From Candidatus Sulfomarinibacteraceae bacterium (lineage in GTDB: Bacteria; Acidobacteriota; Thermoanaerobaculia; Thermoanaerobaculales; Sulfomarinibacteraceae), in NCBI GenBank assembly GCA_963796455.1, contig CAWCLO010000001.1, forward strand, positions 359,372-423,371: DNA of 64,000 bases, written 5' to 3'. The notes under the pieces were generated by a model that saw only the letters and a list, made by a program, of their open reading frames with translations, was not told the DNA's origin and did no database searches. Shown one piece after another: positions 44,501-53,242 of this stretch. Each line of letters starts with the position of its first letter. Positions within the stretch are counted from its first letter, which is position 1. The position numbers and the translations under genes were made by a program.

Positions 44501-44792
44501 GGTCGCCGCTTGCCGCCAAGCCGTCCACCGGCGTGTGCTCGTCATCCGATGCGGAGTCGAGCGTGATCCGGCTCGATGTCCTCTCACCGATCTTGGAACC
44601 ACAGTGCACACACCGGTCACGATGAGGGGCGTTTTCTTTACCGCAGGATGGACAGTTCAGCAATTGAATACCACCAGTGGATCTCTCCCGACATTCTCCA
44701 CTTCGACAGCCCTCCGAGGCGCCGTATCTACATGAGACAACCACGCACTGCCTGTGATGCTTCCTCGATGAGGATGATTTCTTTCGCACCAC
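41501..44792 (-). pseudogene. Ser/Thr protein kinase with zinc ribbon, TM, large extracytoplasmic region and TPR repeats; apparent +1 frameshift near 42025-42040
   Basis: CPSCG...CVHCG. Kinase motifs GFGGMGAVYKA, VALKV, HRDLKPANIM and DFGIAR. The TPR region continues from ORF 41883-44792 (...AAEAVD) into ORF 41501-42103 (LSQHESIHYLAARVFLAAGDEE...). The N-terminal start is uncertain. This could be an assembly error. Confidence 0.8.
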
Positions 44793-44986
44793 ATGACGGA
44801 CAGTTCAGCACGGTTTCACCACCTCGACTACATTTTCACGGTTACGTTGCGGCATGCCACAGATAACCACCGAGTTGACCGCAAGCTTCCTGGTTCGCGA
44901 TATTATCTCGTACACCCAGATGATAGCGTGGACGCGATCTCAATTACAAATACAGACAGGGGCCTGAAGCTTGGATCTTGATACGT

Positions 44987-45021
44987 CAAAATTCCCGACC
45001 TGTGAAACCTCACGGGTCGGG
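44987..45021 (-). terminator. weak candidate terminator after the Cys-rich protein gene
   Basis: Minus strand reads CCCGACC-13 nt-GGTCGGG followed by AATTTTG. The T-run is short. Confidence 0.3.
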
Positions 45022-45168
45022 AGTGGAATACCTCCTCGACTGGCTGATCAATCGGCCGGTCCAGAGTGTCGAACCACCCCTCGCACCGGCCCTGGACTTA
45101 CAACCACTGTCGGGCACATCACGGATCAGGTCCGCCGAAAATACCCCATCGCCATCGTTGGCGGGACG

Positions 45169-45912
45169 CTACTCCCCAAGCACACAGCGAATGCCGGGCG
45201 CGCATACCGTCGGAATGCCTTCGACAATGAAACCGCAACAGAACGCGTGACCTTCGACCTCGTTCCAACAGGGATCGCTACAGCACTCCCCATCGGGCGC
45301 CCACGGCAGGCAACACGCCGAGTCGCACGGTTCCGTACAGTCGTCACACGGAATCACATGAAACAGGGTCGAGTCTGACCAGGAATCTCCGGACCTGGGC
45401 GACGAAAGATCAGCCGTGACTCGATGAGCGCCGGGTCCCTCGGCAAAGTCCATCGCCAGCGCGATCGTAAACGACGTGACCGGCAGCAGATCACCCGGCA
45501 TCGGCGACACCACCGACCACTCAAAGCGCGAAGGATCGACGCTCCAGCAGTCAACAGTTTTGACACGCCAGCGAAGTTTCGTTCCTCTCCTCGTTTGAAT
45601 CCTTTTTCTCTTGAGATCGACAACGCAGCTCCCCATTTCTTCAAAGACGGTCATTTCCTCGAATCCCTGGTCCCAGAAGATTTCCACACGAGCCGGGCCC
45701 TTTGCCGAGAACTTCCGATTCATCTTGAAGAGAGCGGTTACCGGAACATCCTGGAGGTCGGTAAGGACCTCATCCATCACAGGCTCGATGATTTGAACTT
45801 TGGCTTTGATCTGTCGGCCGCACTTTTCCGGAGCCTGCTCGATTTCACCCGCGACGGTGAAACCCGAAATCGCAACAACCAAAACCACAATGAACGCAGA
45901 TTTCGACATCAC
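45169..45912 (-). CDS. secreted protein with Cys-rich C-terminus, function unknown
   Basis: 247 aa. Signal peptide MMSKSAFIVVLVVAISGFTVAG. The last ~60 aa contain 13 Cys (CDDCTEPCDSACC...CCSDPC...FCCG). It lies 90 nt downstream of the FG-GAP/LamG gene. Confidence 0.65.
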   Translation of the reverse strand: MMSKSAFIVVLVVAISGFTVAGEIEQAPEKCGRQIKAKVQIIEPVMDEVLTDLQDVPVTALFKMNRKFSAKGPARVEIFWDQGFEEMTVFEEMGSCVVDLKRKRIQTRRGTKLRWRVKTVDCWSVDPSRFEWSVVSPMPGDLLPVTSFTIALAMDFAEGPGAHRVTADLSSPRSGDSWSDSTLFHVIPCDDCTEPCDSACCLPWAPDGECCSDPCWNEVEGHAFCCGFIVEGIPTVCAPGIRCVLGE

Positions 45913-46002
45913 TCAATCTCCCTTCATTCAAGATCTCAAAAAACCTTCGCAGACACTCGATACTTTCCCGCCCCTTTCCGGGCACCTTCAAATCGTCTCC
46001 CG

Positions 46003-49000
46003 CTAGTGCACAACCCAGGACCAGCGGTCGGCGAGCCCGGTTTCGAAATGCCCTTTGAAAAACAGTCGCTTCCCACCGCAACCGGTAGCGTGCAGGGTCG
46101 AAATTTCGTTCGCAGAAAGTGCCCGATTGTAGATCGCGAGGTCGTCAATAAGCCCATCGATGACATCCCAACCGTCATGCCCACCGATGTAAACAGTGGG
46201 CATCCCCGGAGGCAATGCCTGATCAACGACGACCGCAGTAGCATCCGGTACACCGTCGATAAACCCGGTCATTACATCGCTTGTGGCGTCGTAGGTGATT
46301 GCCACGTGGTGCCAACTTTGGGCCGAAAGCTGCAGCTCGCCGATAAAAACCGCTCCGTAGTCGTACCAGCACAGCCGACCATCGTTCAGAAAGAACCCGT
46401 GTTCCGGATCGGCATAAATAGTCGCCCACGGCGGCGTGTTGGTTCCCTGATAGGAGACCCAGCCCTCGACCGTGAAGCTGTCGGCAACGGGGAAATTGGT
46501 CAATGCGACCTGATCGTCAACGGCATCAAACGAAAACGCCTTCCCCGACACGCCGCTCTCGAACGCAACCCCGTTGTCGAGGGTGCAGGAAGACACTCCA
46601 ACCACGTCATCGCCCGAACCATTGGCGGGCCAATACGCAACCATGCCGGGCGGCAAGCCCGCTATCGGGCCACCAAAGACCCCTGCCACCACGCCCCTCG
46701 TTCGATTCGCCTCGGTACCGAGGTCCGAGCACGTGAAGGATCCCGTACCGGTATTGATACAAAGTTGGTTTCTCTCGTCCGTGTTGGCGAGAACCACGTC
46801 GAGGTCGTTGTCGCCGTCGATGTCTGTCAACGCGACCCCACTGCTCGCGTTGACATCGGGCGAAAGGTCACCGCACGAAAACGAAGCTGTCCCATCGTTC
46901 AAGCAAAGGCGATTGGTCTGTCCCTCGTTCGCGATCACGATATCGAGTCCGCCCGAACCGTCGACATCCCCTATCGCCAGCCCTCGGCTGAAATCATCTC
47001 TCGAGCCCAGATCAGCGCAACTGAAAACTGCAGAACCGTCGTTCAAACACACACGGTTCCGAGACCACTCATTCGAAAAGACGATATCGAGACCGTCTTG
47101 ATCATCGAGGTCGGCCACGACAACCCGAAGGCTCCTGTCAGCATCCGTACCGATATCGCCACAGGAGAACCCGCCGCTTCCATCGTTCAGGCACAATCGG
47201 TTGACTCCGCCCGACTCAGCTGGGTGTCCCCAGTTTGCGAATACGAGATCGGCCCCATTGATTCCGTCAATGTCCGCACGCGCAACACCCACATTGCCGT
47301 CTGCGACCTCGCTGATGTCGCTGCACGAGAAGACGCCGGCACCTTCATTGAGACAAATCCGGTCCCTTTGCCGGTTATTGGCGAATGCCGCGTCGAGATC
47401 ATCGTCGCCGTCGAAGTCCCAGAGAACGACACCGCGCGACATGTTTTCGTCAGGACTCACGTTCCGACAGGTAAATGATCCTGCACCGTCGTTGAGGCAC
47501 ACACGATTCGTCTCGCCATCACCGTTCGCCAGGCCCTGGTTCGCGATCACCATGTCGATCCCATTGCCGCAATCAATCGGACCAAGGGCAATCACCCAGC
47601 TTTCCCGAGCGTCTGTGCTGATATCCGTGCAGCTCAACCCTCCGACACCATCGTTGAGACAGATCCGGTTCTCCTGGTATTCATTGGCAAAGACGAGATC
47701 GACAATTTTGGGGTCGTAGGAGTGATCGCGATTGAAGGTCGCTATGCAGCTCGTATCAACCACCATCTCGGCCGTCGCATCGTCACAGTCAGAATCACCC
47801 GACCATCCGGCAAAAACCGAATCGCTGTCCGGCCGCGCTGTGAGCTTGACCTGTGTTCCGGCATCGTACGGTTCCACACAATCCGATCCGCAATCAATCC
47901 CCGGCGGAGTGGTGGTCACTGCGCCGCCGCCGTCCCCCGCGAGAGTGACCGTCAGAGTGAACGATTCAAGAGTGGTGACGGTGAAGGTATCTGAAACACC
48001 TCCGATCGTGAGAACCAAATCGGTTGCGATGAGGTTTTCGGACGACGAGGTCTGACGCACGCGCACTTCCTGGCCATCACCGGCGGTTCCGGAATCCGAC
48101 GACCACCCGCCGCCAGCCACCGAGTACTCACAGGACGAACTCGTGCAGGATTCGATGGCAATCGACACCGCCGTGTCGATTCCGGCAACGGTGACAGCAT
48201 CCGACTCCACCGTCGAGTCCCGCGGCACGTCAACCCGGTCGTTGAACACAAAACCATCGGGGGTCGCGTCACGGAGCACACATTTGCCTGAGCAGCCCTG
48301 CTGGTAGAGGGCATAGATCTCGTGCCCGGTCAGCACGCCGTCGTAGACAGAAAGTTCGTCGACCTTGCCATCCAACACATCCCAGCCATCGTGACCGCCA
48401 ATGCTGACGTATGGCAAACCCGGGGGAAGTGCACTGCCGGCAAAGGTGGACGTACCGTCTGCCTCGCCATCAACGTATCCGGTAAAGGTGCTCGTATTCG
48501 AGTCGTATGTGATCGCAATGTGGTGCCACTCCTGGGCTGGTATGGCGATATCGCCGACGAATTGATTCCCGAACTCGTACCAGTTGACCCTTCGATCAAG
48601 CAGAAAAAGCCCGTGATCGCCATCGGCATAGATGGTTGCCCACGGCGAATCGTTGGTGCCGACGTAGTACACCCAGGCTTCGATTGTGAAATTGTCCGCT
48701 GCGGGAAAGCTCGTGAAGGTTACCTGGTCGTTCATACCGTCGAAGCTGAAGGCCTGTCCCGCCTTGCCGTCCGCGAAGGTCGCACCGCCCTCGAGCACAC
48801 CCTCGTAGCTGCCGACCACATCCTTCGCCGATAAGTCGGCGGCCCAGTAGGCAACGAGATTGGCCGGAGCGCAGCTCGTTGTGTTCCCGAAGACCCCGGT
48901 CACAACACCCCGGGTGTGGTTGGTGTCCGTGCTGACATTGCTGCACAAAAATGAACCGGATCCGTCGTTCAGGCAGACCTGGTTCTCCTGGTCCAGGTTC

Positions 49001-50034
49001 GCGAACAAAGCATCGAGATCACCATCCTCATCGACATCCGCGAGTGCGACACCGGTGCTCGCGTTGACGTCCGGACTGGCATCGACACAACCCAGACCTC
49101 CCGATCCGTTATTGAGGCAGATCTCGTTCTTGACGCCGATATTGGCGAAGAGGACATCGGGACCGTTGGCTCCATCGAGGTCTGCGATCGCCAATCCGTA
49201 GCTGAAGTCCTCCCTGGCGCTGACATCGCCGCACGTGAAAGCTCCCAAACCATTGTTGAGGCAGATCCTGTTCTTCTCCCCATCGGTCGAGATCACAGCG
49301 TCAATGCCGTTCGTACCATCGATATCATCGAGAGCGACCCGCAGGCTGGAAAAAGTGTCCGCGCTGACGTCGCTGCACGAAAAGGAACCAGATCCGCTGT
49401 TGAGGCAGACTCGATCGGCTTCGCCGTAGTTGGCGAAGACCAGATCGAGACCATTGACACCGTCAAGATCGGCGGCGGCCACACCGACAGAGCTGTTGGT
49501 GTCGTCGTTGAGATCGACGCAGGTGAAGCTCGCCTTCCCGTCATTGAAGCACAACCGGTTTTCCTGACCGTTGTTCGCCGTGGCGGCGTCGAGATCGCCA
49601 TCGTCATCAAAATCGCCGAGAACAACACCTCGGGTTGCGCCGACATCACCGTTGACCGCGGCGCAGGTGAGGGAGCCGGTGCCATCATTGAGACAGATTT
49701 CGTTCGCGGGGCCCGCGTTCGCCACAAAGATGTCCAAGCCGCTGCCGCAGTCGAGCGGTCCGACGGCGGCCGTCCAGGTCGACAACTCGGACAAACTCAG
49801 GTCGGAGCAGGCGAAGTCACCTGCGCCATCACCAACGCAGATCCTGTTCGTCTGCCCGTCGTTCCCGAAAACGGCTTCAACGTGAGGCGTCTGAATCACA
49901 ACTTTTTGCCGGTCGGTGTTTTTTGACTGATTGCCGGCGCTACCGGTCACCCCGCGTTCCTCGGCACCGAGAGCAACCCACGGGCATAGCAGCACCAGCA
50001 CCAACACCAAAAAGTCGAAGCACCTTCTGATCAT
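46003..50034 (-). CDS. giant secreted protein: two tandem modules of FG-GAP/VCBS-like repeats + LamG (ConA-like lectin) domain
   Basis: Start MIRRCFDFLVLVLVLLCPWVALGA after GGGGAGGTGGGG. About 14 repeats of the type NR(I/V)CLNDG.GSF.C.D...D...S.GVA..D.DGD.DLD. Two LamG-like blocks (VAYW...AFSFDG..D.V....FP.AD.FT.E.WV...). Confidence 0.8.
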   Translation of the reverse strand: MIRRCFDFLVLVLVLLCPWVALGAEERGVTGSAGNQSKNTDRQKVVIQTPHVEAVFGNDGQTNRICVGDGAGDFACSDLSLSELSTWTAAVGPLDCGSGLDIFVANAGPANEICLNDGTGSLTCAAVNGDVGATRGVVLGDFDDDGDLDAATANNGQENRLCFNDGKASFTCVDLNDDTNSSVGVAAADLDGVNGLDLVFANYGEADRVCLNSGSGSFSCSDVSADTFSSLRVALDDIDGTNGIDAVISTDGEKNRICLNNGLGAFTCGDVSAREDFSYGLAIADLDGANGPDVLFANIGVKNEICLNNGSGGLGCVDASPDVNASTGVALADVDEDGDLDALFANLDQENQVCLNDGSGSFLCSNVSTDTNHTRGVVTGVFGNTTSCAPANLVAYWAADLSAKDVVGSYEGVLEGGATFADGKAGQAFSFDGMNDQVTFTSFPAADNFTIEAWVYYVGTNDSPWATIYADGDHGLFLLDRRVNWYEFGNQFVGDIAIPAQEWHHIAITYDSNTSTFTGYVDGEADGTSTFAGSALPPGLPYVSIGGHDGWDVLDGKVDELSVYDGVLTGHEIYALYQQGCSGKCVLRDATPDGFVFNDRVDVPRDSTVESDAVTVAGIDTAVSIAIESCTSSSCEYSVAGGGWSSDSGTAGDGQEVRVRQTSSSENLIATDLVLTIGGVSDTFTVTTLESFTLTVTLAGDGGGAVTTTPPGIDCGSDCVEPYDAGTQVKLTARPDSDSVFAGWSGDSDCDDATAEMVVDTSCIATFNRDHSYDPKIVDLVFANEYQENRICLNDGVGGLSCTDISTDARESWVIALGPIDCGNGIDMVIANQGLANGDGETNRVCLNDGAGSFTCRNVSPDENMSRGVVLWDFDGDDDLDAAFANNRQRDRICLNEGAGVFSCSDISEVADGNVGVARADIDGINGADLVFANWGHPAESGGVNRLCLNDGSGGFSCGDIGTDADRSLRVVVADLDDQDGLDIVFSNEWSRNRVCLNDGSAVFSCADLGSRDDFSRGLAIGDVDGSGGLDIVIANEGQTNRLCLNDGTASFSCGDLSPDVNASSGVALTDIDGDNDLDVVLANTDERNQLCINTGTGSFTCSDLGTEANRTRGVVAGVFGGPIAGLPPGMVAYWPANGSGDDVVGVSSCTLDNGVAFESGVSGKAFSFDAVDDQVALTNFPVADSFTVEGWVSYQGTNTPPWATIYADPEHGFFLNDGRLCWYDYGAVFIGELQLSAQSWHHVAITYDATSDVMTGFIDGVPDATAVVVDQALPPGMPTVYIGGHDGWDVIDGLIDDLAIYNRALSANEISTLHATGCGGKRLFFKGHFETGLADRWSWVVH

Positions 50035-50784
50035 TTCCCCACCTCCCCGAGTCGTCCCGAAGTTCATTATTGATTCCATAGGTGACACCACCTGAGTAAT
50101 GGGAATCGCCAAACTGTGACAAGAAAGACCAAAACCGCGTGTCGCGGATCAAATTTGCGAGCAGGGACTTGTTTGAACCGAATTCGAGGAGGATGCCGGT
50201 AATTGAAATACCTGAAAATTCCAGGTGCGACACCTCGGAATCTGAGACGCAGACAAGATGTGGGCCGAAATAGCCCTGATCTGCCGCGATGCTTGTTATC
50301 AGGACATTCTCTCGATCGTCTGCATACACGAGCGTGTCGGCAAGATCCGCGACAATCCCGAAACCGGCTCTATCCACCGTCACCCCTTCCGCATCGATAT
50401 TGAGCGCGGTGCCGGCGAACACCTCCGGACACACCATTTCCTGATCGAAGACGACGGTTTCGCCCGGGCGTGGTGAGGACCGTTCGACAGCGTGGCGTTG
50501 CTGAGGTGGCTGGACGGACAATCAAAAAAACGACCGTGCTTCGACCGAACGGACCTGTATGGACCTCACGGAACATGAAGAACTTCCTCGTCAAGACCAT
50601 CTGACAGAATGGAGAAAAAACTTCGTATTGTGAAGGGTCAGAGACTTATGATGATGTCTTTGCGTTGAGGCGACTATATCGGGGAAAAGTGGGTCATCAA
50701 CACGAAAGATCATGAACCAAGACGAACCCTGCGAACGGAACCTTACGAGGAACACCGGCATTCAGAATCCCCAGCCCCTGAGAA

Positions 50785-50817
50785 AAAGAAAAAATAACCC
50801 GCAGCGATATTCTGCGG
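50785..50817 (-). terminator. orphan terminator-like hairpin in low-GC intergenic region
   Basis: Minus strand reads CCGCAGAATATCGCTGCGG followed by GTTATTTTTTCTTTTTCT. No credible CDS lies upstream of it on that strand. Confidence 0.4.
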
Positions 50818-51112
50818 ACGATCGAGAGCAAGAATCTGTCTCAAAAACCGCGGGCTCACCACTAGCAATACACCTTCCGGGGCAATTCCATACTCAAACT
50901 TTTTCCGATAATCTGAATGTGGGTCCAAATTATAGAATTGTCAACTAAAATACATTTGAGCAGTAACGATTCTCAATGCAAGTCTTAAACTTGATCACAC
51001 ATGCAATTTTCATGTTGTAGCGTGTCCGTACAGCCGACCGATCACAAGAGGCCATCAAGCGATCGGGAGAGGTACAGTTGACATCTGCGGTCCCACAACC
51101 AAGAATCGTCCG

Positions 51113-52474
51113 ATGCAGGAAATTGCCGACAACCGGCGGCCGACCCAGATGATGCTCGCGATTGCGGATGCCGTCGTCCTGGTGGCCTCCGGTTGTGCCG
51201 CGACCATGATTCGTTTTGGCAGCGGTCTGTTCGATCGCGAAATCGGGCGGTTGCTCGAGCACCCGGGCTTTATCGCCTACGCGATTCTCGCTCAGCTTGC
51301 GCTGGCCATCACCTTCGATCTCTACCGACCGGAGAGTTGGCGCACCCGCGACTATGTCCTCGCCCGGATTCTGGCCCTGGGTGCATGCCTGGCAATGGCT
51401 CTCGCGCTCGGGACCTATCTCGTGCCGCAATGGCGTTTCGGCCGCGGTCTCCTCGCCCTGACCCTGGCGCTCTCGCTACCGGCACAGACGATCATCCGCT
51501 TGCTCTGGCTCCGACTGACTTCTCGACCGCCGTCGCGAAGGGCAGTCGTCATCGGTGACGGACCGATCGTCGGGGCTCTCGAACAGGTCCTTGCAAACCG
51601 GCCGTCGCCGCCGTTTCAGATCGTCCGCCATCTGCCGGCGCCAAACGGTACGGAAGGCAACCCCTTCGGAGAGGAGGACATCGACGACGCCGACCTCGTG
51701 ATCGTGGCCCAACTGGCCGATGACGAGGCCGCCAAACGTCTTGCGGCGCTCAATTTCCGGGGCACCACGGTCATCGATTCAGCCGGCGCCTATGCGGCAC
51801 TCACCGGCCGGATTCCCGTCCGCCAGGTCGATTCACGCTGGTTCATCGCGACCGGTGATTTTTCGTCGCTCGCGACCACCGGTTTTCGCTACGTTCAGCG
51901 TCTGCTCGATGTGGCTGCCGCCACCGTGTTGCTCATTCTGACCTCGCCGTTGATTCTGCTCGCCGCTTTCAGCACCATCGTCACGGATGGCTTGCCGGTC
52001 ATCTATCAACAGCAACGTCTGGGCCTCTTCGGGCGGCCTTTCACCCTCTTCAAGTTGCGCACGATGCGCCGGTCCGCCGAGGACGACGGCCCCCGGTTTT
52101 CGAGCGACAACGATGCGCGAGTGCTGCCGATCGGCCGCTTGCTCCGGCGATGGCGGATCGACGAACTTCCCCAACTCGTCAACATTCTGCGCGGCGAGAT
52201 GAGCCTGGTCGGGCCCCGACCGGAACGACCCGTCCTCGCCGAAAAACTGGAACGGGAGATTCCGTTCTACGCCTTCCGGTATTCGGTTCGACCCGGTCTC
52301 ACCGGTTGGGCCCAGGTGCAGTTCCCCTACTGCTCGGATCCCGAGGAACACCAGGTCAAACTCGAGTTCGATCTCTATTCCCTGCGCCACCAGGGACCGG
52401 CGATGTACGTGATCGTACTGCTGAGGACCCTCGGTGTTTTGATCTTCCCACCGGAGAAGAAGCGCGCAGGATAG
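51113..52474 (+). CDS. polyprenyl glycosylphosphotransferase (EPS/O-antigen priming sugar transferase, WbaP/EpsB-like)
   Basis: N-terminal TM segments. C-terminal domain LLILTSPLILLAAFSTIV...PVIYQQQRLGLFGRPFTLFKLRTM...DELPQLVNILRGEMSLVGPRPERP. Confidence 0.88.
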   Translation: MQEIADNRRPTQMMLAIADAVVLVASGCAATMIRFGSGLFDREIGRLLEHPGFIAYAILAQLALAITFDLYRPESWRTRDYVLARILALGACLAMALALGTYLVPQWRFGRGLLALTLALSLPAQTIIRLLWLRLTSRPPSRRAVVIGDGPIVGALEQVLANRPSPPFQIVRHLPAPNGTEGNPFGEEDIDDADLVIVAQLADDEAAKRLAALNFRGTTVIDSAGAYAALTGRIPVRQVDSRWFIATGDFSSLATTGFRYVQRLLDVAAATVLLILTSPLILLAAFSTIVTDGLPVIYQQQRLGLFGRPFTLFKLRTMRRSAEDDGPRFSSDNDARVLPIGRLLRRWRIDELPQLVNILRGEMSLVGPRPERPVLAEKLEREIPFYAFRYSVRPGLTGWAQVQFPYCSDPEEHQVKLEFDLYSLRHQGPAMYVIVLLRTLGVLIFPPEKKRAG

Positions 52475-52515
52475 CCTGATCCTGGATGCTCGATACTGGA
52501 TGCTCGATGCTCGAT

Positions 52516-52970
52516 CACTCTTGTCCAAGACAGAGTCTCGGATAGCGCGCAGGGACAGCGGCAGAGAACGGTCGACGGAGTCAGCGGCAGCGTTCAGTGT
52601 TCAGGTTCAGCGATCAGCGGCCGGGACAGTGAACAGCACTCATTTCTTCGGGGCTCCGGCCTTGGTGGTGCGGCCGTCTCGGCCGCACGGTGTGCAGGCG
52701 AGACGCCTACACCACAACGGCTGTTCCTTATGTTGAAAGACTCGGAGGTGGCCATACCGCCGCATGAACTCCAGACTGCTGCCGCTGATCGCTGAACACT
52801 GATCCCTGCTCACTGTCGCTGCCGCTGCCGCTGGACACTGTCGCTGACGCTGCAATTCGGGATCGGGTACGGGTACGGGCCAATCGCGAACCGGATATGC
52901 CAAAAACCAACCCGTAAACCTCGTGTTGTCAGGCGGGTAACTTCATGACAATCTGTGTTGGACAGCTGTG
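52516..52970. mobile_element. TIR-bounded element, copy D (no four-helix gene; alternative hairpin cargo)
   Basis: Left end CACTCTTGTCCAAGACAGAGTCTCGGATAG. Right end CATGACAATCTGTGTTGGACAGCTGTG. It keeps the arms, a leader remnant (TTGAAAGACTCGGAGGTGGCC) and the 125-nt module. The cargo is replaced by two GC hairpins (GCGGCCGTCTCGGCCGC; GTGCAGGCGAGACGCCTACAC). Confidence 0.6.
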
Positions 52971-53073
52971 ATCGATTATCCAGTATCCAGTATCTGAATC
53001 GAACCCGGGCGCTTGACACGTTTCCCCACTCGCTGGATACTCGCGTTAGTTCTTTGGCGTACTGACGCTATTG

Positions 53074-53160
53074 CGTTTCCGTGGGGGTGCCCTTCGTCAA
53101 ATGGGCTGAGATCACACCCCTCGAACCTGATCCGGGTCATGCCGGCGGAGGAAATGGAGA
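53074..53160 (+). promoter_or_regulatory. TPP (THI-box) riboswitch
   Basis: UUUCCGUGGGGGUGCCCUUCGUCAAAUGGGCUGAGAUCACACCCCUCGAACCUGAUCCGGGUCAUGCCGGCGGAGGAAAUGG. This matches the thiM-type aptamer core (GGGGUGC, CUGAGA, ACCUGAUCYGGNUNAUGCCRGCG). P1 is UUUCC/GGAAA. It lies 83 nt upstream of the receptor ATG. Confidence 0.88.
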
Positions 53161-53242
53161 CGCCCACCCCCTTGCCGTGGCGCATTTGGAGCGGGCATCC
53201 CTTTTGTACCGGCCCACCCAAAGTATTCGGAGCTACGGACCC

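Noticed and set aside
45060-45120. tRNA-like fragment (GGTTCGAC... on the minus strand)
   Set aside because: I could not build a T-arm, anticodon arm or acceptor stem. This is only a chance resemblance to the TTCGA loop.
48515-48528. Second sigma54-like element (TGGCACCACATTGC on the minus strand)
   Set aside because: The GG-GC spacing is one nt short. It also lies deep inside the FG-GAP/LamG coding sequence.
49940-50521. 193-aa minus-strand ORF upstream of and overlapping the FG-GAP/LamG gene start
   Set aside because: The middle part looks protein-like. However, it overlaps the well-supported start (RBS + signal peptide at 50034) by 95 nt in another frame, has no recognisable motif, and has no clear RBS. 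I left it unannotated. It could be a real small gene or a remnant.
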